64,000 nt of DNA, from NCBI RefSeq assembly GCF_006345805.1, contig NC_042999.1, positions 140,864,001 through 140,928,000 of the forward strand. Direction: 5' to 3'. This document shows positions 13,092-24,110 of this stretch, piece after piece (position 1 is the stretch's first letter; each line of letters begins with the position of its first letter). Source of the DNA: Octopus sinensis (taxonomy: Eukaryota). The notes under the pieces were generated by a model. It did not search any database and was not told where the DNA came from. It worked only from the letters and a program-made list of their open reading frames with translations. The position numbers were made by a program, and so were the translations under genes.

Positions 13092-13243
13092 ATTTCGTCT
13101 GAGTTCAAATTCCGCCGAGGTCGAATTTGCCTATCATCCTTTCGGAATCGATAAATTAAGTACCATTGTGTACTGGGGTCAATCTAATTGACTGGCCCTC
13201 TCCCCCAAAATTTCGGGCTTTGTGCCCAGCGTAGAAACGAATA
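13092..13243 (+). mobile_element. Family A tRNA-derived SINE, 5'-truncated
   Basis: Core gagttcaaattccgccgaggtcgaatttgcctatcatcctttcggaatcgataaattaagtacca. Confidence 0.8.
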
Positions 13244-14497
13244 TCTCCACTATTTTCTGATCATAAAACGAAAGAATTGCGTCAAATAATATTCTAAGTG
13301 TTTGGCGAGAGTCATTCTGTTTTAATGACGTATTCATTAACACACTCACCGGTTAGATTTCCACTCATTTACTTCTAAGTGTTTTCTTATCAAACAATGA
13401 AGTGTAATGATAACGCAATTGTTTGAGTGTCACGCTACTAACAACTAACAACTAGAACGAAATTTAAGACATAATCGAAATTTAAGACATAATCGAAATT
13501 TTCAACACTATGATACAATGTTATGCTGTTATATTACTTTATACCTATAAATTTATCCATCAAAACGCAAATGACAACATTTATAAAACGTAATTATTCC
13601 ACGGGTCCCGCTACGTTATGTAGATTATACCTATGCTGAAAAATCATGTTTAGTCAACGTCTTGAATAAAACAAGCAAAAACCACATTAAATCAATCATT
13701 TGTTGGAGCGTTCCAACGATAATACTTATTTCAAGGATTCGTTAGCCATGCATATAGTCAAATGAAATCAGGAAAAGACTTCCTTATGTACCCCCGATAA
13801 ATTTTTTTTTCAATATTACACATGATGGAAAACTGATTTCCTACCACGTCTTATAATAATGATGAGAAAGTCATAAAAATTAAGAATTTCTATTAAAAAA
13901 ACTTAATTTCTGTATTATGTATATTCATGGCCTAATTTGCCTTCACGTTAAGATCCAATGCTTTATTAATATTGTTATTGTTTTTTGTTTAAATAATAAT
14001 GATTTCTTTTAAATGCGAACACATCTTGATAGTATATACTTTTTGATCGTTGGTAAAAAGTGAAAGGTATTAAGTGAAGTAGCTTTCATATGATCGGAAG
14101 AAATTTCAATGTTGTGCTCTGTCTGATCCATCAAATATATGATTAAATGCTTTTCCAGTTATAGCCATCCACTTTTTCCCCTCCAACATTAATGCATCTA
14201 GAAGTATATATTGTTTTTCTTCTCATTTTAAGATGGGATTGTGTCATTTGAAAGAGATCTGACTACTATTTCTAACTGGTCCATGGACCATGCAGAGCCT
14301 TGAGTTGGATTTTGTTTCTAATTACGATTGCTTTTGTTAACGTATACAGTCTTCCCGGTACCGCATTAACGTTTAAAAGTTTAAAATTTTCAGGGTCTCT
14401 TCGTTAAATGTTTTATTATCATAGATAGGAAAAACCAGAACATCGCGTGAAACGCTCTGCAGTCGTTATTCCAGCTCCAAGTTCTACTTTCAATTCC

Positions 14498-15000
14498 GGA
14501 AAGACCCTCCTCCTTTTTCTCCCTTTTTTTTTTTTTTTTTTTTTTTTTTTCCCCAAAACCCTCGTTTTCGGATACGAAAGTTTCGGGAAATTGCCAAAAA
14601 TCGGCATTGTTAAATCCCCCACCCCAGATTCTTAAATTTTGACTTTTTCCCCAACACTAACCCGAACTATAGAAATGTTTTGAAATTTTTGTCCGAATCA
14701 TAATGTCCGTATTTTTCCGCATATTTAGAATAAAAAAAATTCTTAAAAAAAATTTTACAAAAATTTTGGAATTTTTTTTTTTCAGCATCATAATCTCCGT
14801 ATTTTTCCGCATATTTTCAAAACATAAAATTTGTGAAAAAAGTAAAAAAATTAAGGAAATGGGTGGTGGGGTAATTTAAAAATACCGATTTTTGCCTTTT
14901 TTTTTTTTGCAGATTCGTATTCCCCCATAGCCAAAAAGGAAAAAATGTGTGGGAAAAAATATATTTAAAAGGATGAGGTGGGGGGGGGGCAAGTCTTGCC
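14498..15000. mobile_element. Merlin-like MITE family 2, copy 2 (inverted relative to copy 1)
   Basis: Termini ggaaagac / gtcttgcc with a perfect 8-bp TSD tcaattcc at 14490-14497 and 15001-15008. Confidence 0.85.
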
Positions 15001-15099
15001 TCAATTCCCTCCGAGGACAGCTTTTCCTTTCGTCTTGGGGGAAGGGGCGGTGTCGTTAAAATGAAGTGTAATTATGTATTGGAGTAACACTCCCCATAA

Positions 15100-15322
15100 A
15101 TCTCGGCCCTTGTGCTAATATTGGCTTCAAATTTTGGCAAAAGGCCAGTAATTTCGGGGGAAGGGATAAGTCGATTACGTCGACTGGTATTTAATTTATC
15201 GACACCGAAAGGATGAAAGGCAAAGTTGACCTCGGCGAAATTTGAACTCAGAACTTTAAGACGAACGAAATGCTGCTCATCATTTTGCCCGGCGTGAAAA
15301 CGATACTGCCAGCTCACCACCT
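15100..15322 (-). mobile_element. Family A SINE, near full length
   Basis: Reverse complement of the head ggtggtgagctggcag... and the core tttgaactcag..gacctcggcgaaattt..aaaggatgaaaggcaaag. Confidence 0.8.
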
Positions 15323-16699
15323 TCTAACTAATTAATATTGCCTTCTACTTTTATGTAGGATTGGATAAGGGCTAATCCAATATTCTGAATACTTTCGAGA
15401 TCCAATACAGTTTAAATTAAACAAATTAAATAGCAACAGTAAATGGGCAAACTTCCTTAATTTTCGCCGGATACTAATTAACAGACTTGCCATACTATTT
15501 CTTTATTTTGATACATTAAAATCATCAAACGATAATTGGGATTCTTAAATAAGAAGGTTCACCATCGGTCTCGACGATAAGTATTCAATTGTTCGATCAA
15601 CTGACTCGTGAAATTAACGTCTAAGCGACTGAGTATTCCACAGAGACGTGTATCCGCGCAATTCTCAAGTTGAATGAGAATGGTACCACGTGTTAAGACC
15701 ATGTTTTCTAATCCAACTCGATAAAGAAAGAATGAGAGAGAAGAGGAAAAAGGAAAGGGAGTCGATCTTTAGTACTGAACTGGTATTGTAATTATCAACC
15801 CTGAAAGAAATGAATGTCAAATTTAAGCCGAGCGAGGGTTTGATCTCAGCGTACAAAGCCAGAATAAATGTTGCAATACATTCTATCCAACGTTCTTGTG
15901 ATATTTTCAGTCAGATTTCCATGACTACTTTTCTCATGATGTCGATAAGAGAATAAAAGAAAGGAGTGACATATCTTTTCCGAACAATTATGTAACAAGG
16001 CAAGAAATACTTAGCGTAGATTTATAACAAGTGTACTGACGAAGTACAATTATTTTCCTTTTCAGTGACAGCTTAAGTCGATATCCGTATCTCACTGGCA
16101 CTTATTTTATCGAATCTGTAAGGGGAAAGGTAAAGTTGACCTCGATGGAATTAGTACCCAGAACATTAAAGCACCAAATCCAGGGTTTATCTATCTTCGA
16201 TTTTTTTTTTTACAAGCATGATGCCCAAGATTTATAAACAGTTGCGACATTCGTACAATAAGCTGAAATGCACAAACGAATTTGAACTAATACGGGTAGG
16301 AACGGTAAAATAAATAAGTGAATAAAATTATGTAGATGAACATCCAGGTTAAACGTTGAGTTTTTGTGTTATTTCCCCGTTAAATATGTAAGGAGAGCTG
16401 TGGAAGTCATCACAATATTGAATAAAGAGAAAAGATATAATATTCAAAACTAGCTTTCATGAGCACTAATCATGATATAACAGTGCGAAAACTACGACAG
16501 AGGTAAAAAAAAAAAAAAATACGCACACTATTTCAAAGAAAAGCATAAATTTAATGTTTAAAATAGCTTTAACCAAGGAATGAGATCCAACATTTCTTCA
16601 CTTTTTCCAGAATTTCTTCTCTTTATTTATTTATTTTTTTTGCGAAATATGTACAAAAATACGGAGTTTATGATTCATGTGTGAGTGTGTGTTCTTGAT

Positions 16700-17162
16700 A
16701 CTCGTTTAGAACAAGTAGTTTTACACCAATTACACTATTTTTTCTTAGTTTAAAGGCCGTGGACTGAAGATGTGAAATTTCCGAAGCCTCTCCCCCACCC
16801 CCCCTTTCGCGAGCGCGCATTTTTTTCATCATAGTCGTTTAGAGCAAGTTGTTTTACACCTATTACGCTGTTTTTGTTTTTGTTTTTGTGCCCGGTTCAG
16901 ACGCTTTCGGAAATTCCCGATATAAATTTTCCGAGGCCTCTCCCCCACCCCTCTTTCGCGAGAGCGCATTTTTTTGTCATATTCGTTTAGAGCAAGTTGT
17001 TTTACACATATTACACTATTTTTTTTTTGTTTTGGTGCCCGGGTCAGCTCCTCAGACGCTTTCGGAACTTCCCGATGTGAATTTTCCGAGGCCTCTCCCC
17101 CACCCCCCCTTTCGCGTGCGCGAATTTTTTTTTTCATATTCGTTCATAGGAAGTTGTTTTAC
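16700..17162. repeat. ~150-155-bp tandem repeat, ~3 copies
   Basis: Unit starts gat(g/a)t(g/a)aa..ttccga(a/g)gcctctcccccacc at 16769, 16919 and 17074, with a partial unit at 16700-16750. Confidence 0.9.
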
Positions 17163-17196
17163 GTAACTGTAACCCTAAACACCGGGTGTGCGTATT

Positions 17197-17239
17197 CTTT
17201 ATCTATTTCTTTACTACCCACAAGGGGCTAAACACAGAG
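17197..17239 (-). mobile_element. 43-bp tail-only family A SINE insertion
   Basis: Reverse complement ctctgtgtttagccccttgtgggtagtaaagaaatag, flanked by a 13-bp TSD gggtgtgcgtatt (17184-17196, 17240-17252). Confidence 0.85.
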
Positions 17240-17767
17240 GGGTGTGCGTATTATTTACTTTCGCCAAAACTACTTGATCGTTTTTTTTTTGTCCTCGCAA
17301 AAATATATTCCTCAACAATTGATAATGACACAGCACGCTGGCTAACCTCATCAAAAATCAAGCAATTATCATTATAATAACCTTGAAGATGGATAGCAAA
17401 ACAAGTCACAGCTTGGCTGTGATTCACGTCCGTGGCTATTTCCCTTATTCTGCTAATACTCACATAAAAAAAAAAAACATTTTTAAAAAATAATTGAATA
17501 CCACAATACCTATTCGTGGCCCCTTAAGTCAAAAGAGCTGATTCTGAGAAGACTAACAGCAAAACTAGAGTCAACTGACGGCACCCATTTTCTTTTTGGA
17601 ACATGCACAGGAGTGGATATGCAAAGTAAAGCGAATTCTGGCGTGATTTGATGCCCGATGCATTATTTTGGCATAGCAAGAATGTGTTGTCGTTGATCAT
17701 ATCGTTTCTTAATTTGATAGCATACAAACAGAGCATTCTAGTTTGGAATTTTATGAAGTAGAAATAC

Positions 17768-17770
<3 letters not shown>

Positions 17771-17806
<36 letters not shown>

Positions 17807-17808
17807 TA

Positions 17809-17851
<43 letters not shown>
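17771..17851. repeat. (TA)n microsatellite
   Basis: Direct reading. Confidence 0.95.
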
Positions 17852-17854
<3 letters not shown>

Positions 17855-18384
17855 CATGCATAGTTTCCTACGCATTTAAACTAGAAACCACCCGCTCACG
17901 AACTTCCGAAAAGTCCATTTAAACAGAACGGTTTAACAATAAATTAACATAAGTTCCATACCTATAAATTTGTAAAATCAATTATTTTTCTCAGTACAAG
18001 TCCACCCCATAAGTTTTATGCACTTGTAATTCGATTCTGATACTAAAAAGATATCCCTACACACCTGCAAGCAAATCGTCTTGAGCTGCGACAAGTGTAT
18101 CTTGCAATAAGACTAATACTGACAAATGTAACAAATGTGCCCATGAAACTTCTCAAGAAAACAATGGATTAATTTATTTGTTTTTTTGCTTTGTTATTTT
18201 TCAAAATATTTCATGACATTCGTTTCTACTTTTTTTTTTAACTAAGGATATGTTTACACGAACCCAAATTTATAGATGATGACAAAAGATTTGATAATTC
18301 ATCAAGTGGTGATCACGTGAAATGTCAAGTGGTGATCAACGTGCTATTTACGATATATCCATTATTTTAATTTGTTTCAATAAT

Positions 18385-18642
18385 TAGACTGCGGCCATGC
18401 TGGGGTTATTGCCTTGCAGAATTTAGTCGAACGAATCGACCCCAGTATCTATTCTATCGGTCTCTTTTGCCGAATCGCTAAGTTACATGAACATAAACAC
18501 ACCAACATCGGTTATCAAGTGGTAGTGGAGGACAGATACACACACAAACACATACATATATACAACGGGCTTCTTTCTGTTTTCGTCTACCAAATAAATT
18601 CACAAGGTCGGCTATAGTAGAGGACACTTGCCCAAGGTACCA
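18385..18642 (-). mobile_element. Family B SINE fragment
   Basis: gactgcggccatgctgg..tattctatcggtctcttttgccgaa..gctatagtagaggacacttgcccaagg, shared with 30095-30345 and 31405-31578. Confidence 0.7.
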
Positions 18643-18778
18643 ATCTTTTACAAGTTTCAGCTCGATAGCTGTGACCATGCTTGGGTATCGCCAATAAGTA
18701 TATATTATTTTTCGTAAATATTTCACACACACACACAAATCGCACCACATTCTTAACTTAATATTTGAAATAGGAGAA

Positions 18779-19359
18779 GGCGGCGAGCTGGCAGAAACGT
18801 TAGCACGCCGGGCGAAATGCGTAGCCGTATTTCGCCTGCCGTTACGTTCTGAGTTCAAATTCCGCCGAGGTCGACTTTGCCTTTCATCCTTTCGGGGTCG
18901 ATAAAATAAGTACCAGTTACGCACTGGGGTCGATGTAATCGACTTAATCCGTTTGTCTGTCCTTGTTTGTCCCCTCTGTGTTTAGCCCCTTGTGGGTAGT
19001 AAAGAAATAGGTATTTCGTTTGTCTTTATGTTCTGAGTTCAAATTCTGCCGAGATCGACTTTGCCTTTCATCCTTTCGGGGTTGATTAAATAGGTGCCAG
19101 TTGCGCACTGGGGTCGATATAATCGATTCGGTCCGTTTGTCTGTCCTTGTTTGTTCTCTCTGTGTTTAGCCCCTTGTGAGTAGTAAAGAAATAGGTATTT
19201 CGTTTGTCTTTACGTTCTGAGTTCAAATTCCGCCGAGGTCAACTTTGCCTTTCATCTTTTCGGAGTCGATAAATTAAGTACCAGTTGCGTACTGAGGTCG
19301 ATCTAATCAACTGGCCCCCTCCCACCAAAATTTCGAGCCTTGTGCCTAGAGTATAAAAG
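18779..19359 (+). mobile_element. Family A SINE head-to-tail trimer
   Basis: Full unit 18779-19010 (ggcggcgagctggcagaaacg.., B-box-like gagttcaaattcc). Units 2 (19011-19194) and 3 (19195-19359) both restart at gtatttcg. A single 13-bp TSD aatatttgaaata lies at 18760-18772 and 19360-19372. Confidence 0.9.
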
Positions 19360-20450
19360 AATATTTGAAATAAGAATTCAGATGTATGAGGTGCGTTATA
19401 AAAACAAAAGAAAAAAAGGAAAATTACATGCTTTTTGATAAAAGCAGGATCTGTAGTCATGTTGGGGTACAAGAAAAGGATAGAATTTACTGGTAGATTC
19501 ATTGGACATCATTGTATTATTAAAAGTCACGTATTTATATTTTCAGGGTATATAAGATCATGCGTTGGCATTTCGATCCAAGCAACAGAATCACAAAAAT
19601 GTAAGAGATTTCATAGGTGAATGTGAAAATGTTATATTGGTCTTATAAAATGTTCTAAGTTAGACACACACATGCATGCCTGTCTACCTACCTACCAACC
19701 TACTACCTGCTTGCCTACCTCCATCTCTTCCTACACACATACACACATTCATAGCAGCTTTGGCAGGAAAAGAACCCACCCCTGGACCTGTAATAGATAC
19801 ATTACATCCCACGTAGAAGGATATGCCTTTGCTATCCAGGAACAGGAAATAACTACTAAGTATAAGATAGACAAGAGAGGCAAAGATACCACCAAACTTC
19901 CACGTTGTGATAGAAAATGTCGGCTATGCTATATCATCAGTGTGCAAGATACCACCTACATCAGTAGCAGGTGCCCCAAAATGTGTACGAGATATTACCT
20001 ACCATTGAAACAGGATATAGTTGTAAAAACTGTTTACAATGCACAGGAAGGATTGCCTTGGGAGATACATCAAACGTAGGTCAAAATCATAATATATTCG
20101 CACTTTTAAAAACAAGGAATACTAGTGGAATACTCCAATAAAATCCGATAAAAACACAAAAGACCTGATATTGTTTTGTAGTGCAGGGAACAAAATTCAT
20201 GCAGTGTTGTAGAGGTCAGCTACCAGGTAGATGTCAACGAACCATCAAAAGTCCAGGAAAAAGAGAACGTTCATAGTAAACTAATGTGGAACTTATAGCT
20301 CTTGTACTCGAACTATAAATGTTGATTTTACCTATCATCATAGGTGCATTAAGCTATGTATCAGGTTTACACAAAAATCTAGAAATACTAACTTTTTCGA
20401 AGAATGAACGAAACAAACTGACGCACATTCACCAAATGCAATCTATCAGT

Positions 20451-21130
20451 ATTGTATTGTATTGGCATCCTTTCTGTCTCGGGAGACAATGGAGTTGCGC
20501 ATGAAGTAGTCTAGTCCGGCTTTTATATTTCATGTCCTGATACATTTCCTGCTGTGGCTGTGTAGTCCTATCCTGGACAAACACTCCCTCTGGCAGGTAC
20601 CGCAAATATAGCGAAGACTGTTCCTGGCTGGTTGTAGTGCCATAGTCTCTTGTTTACGTCTCTTCCTTTCTTTCCATTTCTCCTCTCTCTCTGTCACTCT
20701 TTTGTATTCCCTCTTTTACTGTACGTCGCCATTTTCCACGGTTGCCGGCAACTGCCTCCCAACCGCTAATATTGATGTTGCAGGCCTTCATGTCCCTTTT
20801 GCAAACATCCTTGTAACGTAAGATCGGTCTACCCACAGACCTAGTACCCCTAGCAAGCTCTCTGTAGAGTATGTCCTTGGGGATTCTGCCATCTTTCATG
20901 CGGCTAACATGCCCAAGCCATCTCATACGTCTTTGTGTGAGGAGTGCAAACATGCTTGATATTCCTGCTTGCCTGAGGACATCTTTGTTGGGATATGATT
21001 CTGCCATTTGATGCGGAGGATTTTTCGGAGGCAGCGCAGGTGAAAGATGTTTAGGCGACGCTCTTGGCGTGTGTATAGCGTCCAGGTCTCACTTGCATAC
21101 AGTAGAGTGCTGAGATCACATGCCTGATAG
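20451..21130 (-). mobile_element. 5'-truncated RTE (BovB-like) LINE
   Basis: YQAC.LSTLLYASETWTLY..RCLRKILRIKWQ, then a frameshift, then RRMRWLGHVSRM..GRP..RYKD, a C-terminal C..C..HS zinc-finger-like motif, a tgtctc/gagaca stem and a (caata)n tail. 12-bp TSD caatctatcagt at 20439-20450 and 21173-21184. Confidence 0.9.
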
Positions 21131-21183
21131 ATTGGTTCTATTGAGGAAACTCACTACTCTCCTCAATAGAACCAATCTATCAG
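21124..21183. repeat. Perfect 24-bp inverted repeat with a 12-nt loop at the RTE 5' junction
   Basis: ctgatagattggttctattgagga-aactcactactc-tcctcaatagaaccaatctatcag. Confidence 0.95.
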
Positions 21184-22528
21184 TGGCACGGTGAAAATAT
21201 GTAAGACATTCCAAAGATTCTTCACCTGAGATACTTTAAATGACTATATGCACACACTTGGTAGTATGCATCGACAATTCAACCAAATATTTACAAACAG
21301 CAGGAACTCTAACGTCTTGTCGCTTTGTTAGCGATCAGCTTGACCTCTGTTAAGAACTTAAATAAATCTCAAAAGAAAAATCATATATGTATTGTTAATC
21401 GGTGGAAAATTACAAAATGAGTGAAACCATGTACAGAACTCTCGGGGCCTTAAGTTACATTTGTAACTTTCTTTTGAATAAACAATTAAAATATATACTT
21501 ATATATTGAGTTCTATTTATCATGTTTGTTCCACCAAACACACAGAGTTTTCAAATATACTAATCTCTTCTATCAGGTCTGTGTTAATTTGTTTATAAAA
21601 TGTTTCATATTGAACTTTCAAACAATTTCTTCCCCAATAAAAAATATACTGCACATAAACACACAAACACACGCACACAATGCATGTTAGTGTATAAATG
21701 TGTGTGTGTGTGTAAGGGTTAGTGATTGTGATGCCACCAAGCAATTTATAACTGATGTTCACAGCGTTATATGGAAATATATGGAGAGATATATCTTTAA
21801 TCTTTTTCGTAAGTCAGAAAAAATATTCCGTTCTTAATTTAGGCCATTTCATTGAGAAAAGCGTGAACATCATACATCATTTACCTTTACAATCATAGGT
21901 ATTGTACTAACATCGTTCAACCGTGTAAGATCACTAAACCACATCCTATTTGATTTGTCCTAGATATCAAAACGATTTTTTCCTTGAGAGATGCTGGTAG
22001 GAGAGTACATGTGTGTGTGTGCGCGCGCGCGTGTGTGTGCAGTCTCTGCTAGGTTAAGCGGTATTAATGATAATAATAATATTAAAAACTGTAGCAAATG
22101 CTGTCTTGTAAGCAAATTAAGTAGCTATATTTCGATAACCATAAGAAATCGATGTGAAATGAAGGGGCCATGTTGACATATGAAACGTGGACCTGCATGA
22201 ATATAGGGAGTAGGAGAAAAATAAATATTTGATGAAAGGGTGTATATTTGCTCTTGATATCACCAGGAAACCTGAATAATCGAACGAAAAATAAGGACAG
22301 TGAAACTAATGATTGATTCTACACGATAAGCAAACTACAGAAGATTTTCAATACTGACCGGTCTATAAAAAATTGTAAGATGGACACATAAACGTAACAT
22401 ATACATATGTGTATGTGTGTGTAGAAAAACTATAAAAATAAGCCGAATGCGAGAAAATTACGGTAGCAATGATTTAATGATCTGGAAAGAGAAATGGGTA
22501 ATTAAACGAAAGAAAACTACTGCAGTAG

Positions 22529-22637
22529 CTCTTTCTCTCTCTCTCTCTTTCTTTCTTTCTCTCTCTATTTCTTTCTTTCTTTCTCTCTCTATTTCTTTCT
22601 TTCTTTCTCTCTATTTCTTTTTTTCTTTCTATTTCTT

Positions 22638-22668
<31 letters not shown>
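22529..22668. repeat. (CT)n/(CTTT)n compound microsatellite
   Basis: Direct reading. Confidence 0.95.
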
Positions 22669-22672
<4 letters not shown>

Positions 22673-23559
22673 ATTTTTCATCTCCCACATGTACACAAGA
22701 TTTATGCAAATGTGATAGTACATTAGATACCCCCTGTTAGCTCGATTGACATATAATATGTATGTATTAGTCTATGAAACTGCCTGACAAGGAAAGAGAG
22801 TACGTTGGTGTAATATTTTTTTAGTTACTCTCAGCATATTGTATCAGAATTAAATTTTAAGTTTTTATTTATCTTAATAGAATTCATGAGCTCTACAATA
22901 TGCTTGTATATGAGAAAGACTAAAAGAAAAGTCATCTGAAAAATATTGAAGATAATAAAAATGGATTCAATGCATGTTTAGAAAATGATACACAGCAGCA
23001 GTTGTAAATGAACATATTCAGATACCAGTTGCGTGTAAGGTAGCTTCTGCAGAACATTAGACATATAACGAGCTGTGACAAATAGTCATTATTGGTATGA
23101 AAATGTGGTTGCAGACTGAATTGTTAAACGAATCATATGGAGCTGGAATTGTTTCTCTTCCGACTACCATACCCAAATATTTAATGCATACCTTAATCAA
23201 ACGATATGAAGGTTTTCGTTTTCGCTCACTGCATCTATACATACAAACATACATACATACATACACATGTATGTATGTATGTACGTATCCGAGTCAGTTC
23301 TTATTGGAGTAACCACCCATCTAGACAGGTTAAAGGATCATGTCTAATACAGACATTTTAGTTTAGGCATGGTTTCTATAGATGCCCCTCCTAACACAAA
23401 TCACTTCACAGAGAGTACTGAGTGCATATTTTTCATGGCACCAGACAGGCTGTCATGTTCCCCCAAATTCTCCCAACTCTGCATTATCTCTACTCGATTG
23501 GCAACCATTTTAAAGTGAACTAAGTGCATATTATTGTGACACCTGCACTAGTGAATTGA

Positions 23560-24110
23560 CTTATTAATCACAAGATCTCCACAACTGAGAGGAAGAATAT
23601 AAGGGCTTTACGTGGGGTTTTGAGAGCGGTGGTAACGTTAGGCAAAATGTTGAGAGAAGTTCAAGTATGATGGAATTTGTGGAGAGATTATCAGAGGCAG
23701 TGTAGAGAAGTAGAAGGGAAAGAGAAACAATAGTATAAGGATTAATGAGAGAGAGAAAGAATGAGTGTGCATGCGTGTCAGAGTGATTGAGGATGGTGAG
23801 GGTCGGTTGAGTAGAATATTTAGTACTACTCCACATTATTATGGGTGGACAGGTGTGTGAAATAGCAATAAATATGATGGTGAAAGAAGCCACAGCATAC
23901 CCTCAAGGAAACATCCAAAAAGGTGTGAGAGCCTGGTAACAGAATATTCAGGAAGGGTGGGTGAAGGTTGCAGGAAGGGAAGGGGGTCATTTATGGATAG
24001 GAATAAGAGTTGAGGGCTTCAAGGTAAATAGGGGATCATTGTGGTCAATAGTAAATAATAGTGAGATGGTTGATAGTAAATATGCGTATCTACAGATTTA
24101 TTCCAACACT
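23560..24110 (-). mobile_element. Possible highly decayed Penelope-like RT remnant
   Basis: Minus strand SHTFLDVSLRV...IY resembles the PLE RT motif FLDV..S..IY.KPT. Otherwise poorly alignable. Confidence 0.3.

Larger units (their letters stand above)
19750..21240 (+). mobile_element. R4/Dong-type (RLE) non-LTR retrotransposon 3' remnant, split by an RTE insertion
   Basis: VEGYAFAIQEQEI..KCRLC..YISSRC (degenerate CCHC knuckle), RPDIVL at 20161, EVS..DVN..EK and PIIIGAL. The frame QSIS|GTVKICKTF resumes after the insertion at 21185. Stops and frameshifts are present. Confidence 0.8.

Noticed and set aside
11207-15000. A single 3.8-kb foldback element with 500-bp TIRs
   Set aside because: Each arm has its own terminal inverted ends, and the right arm has its own perfect 8-bp TSD, so these are two separate insertions.
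17620-17745. ECSVCM..C.GH pattern suggestive of a RING finger on the minus strand
   Set aside because: It needs several stops and frameshifts to assemble, and the spacing does not fit.
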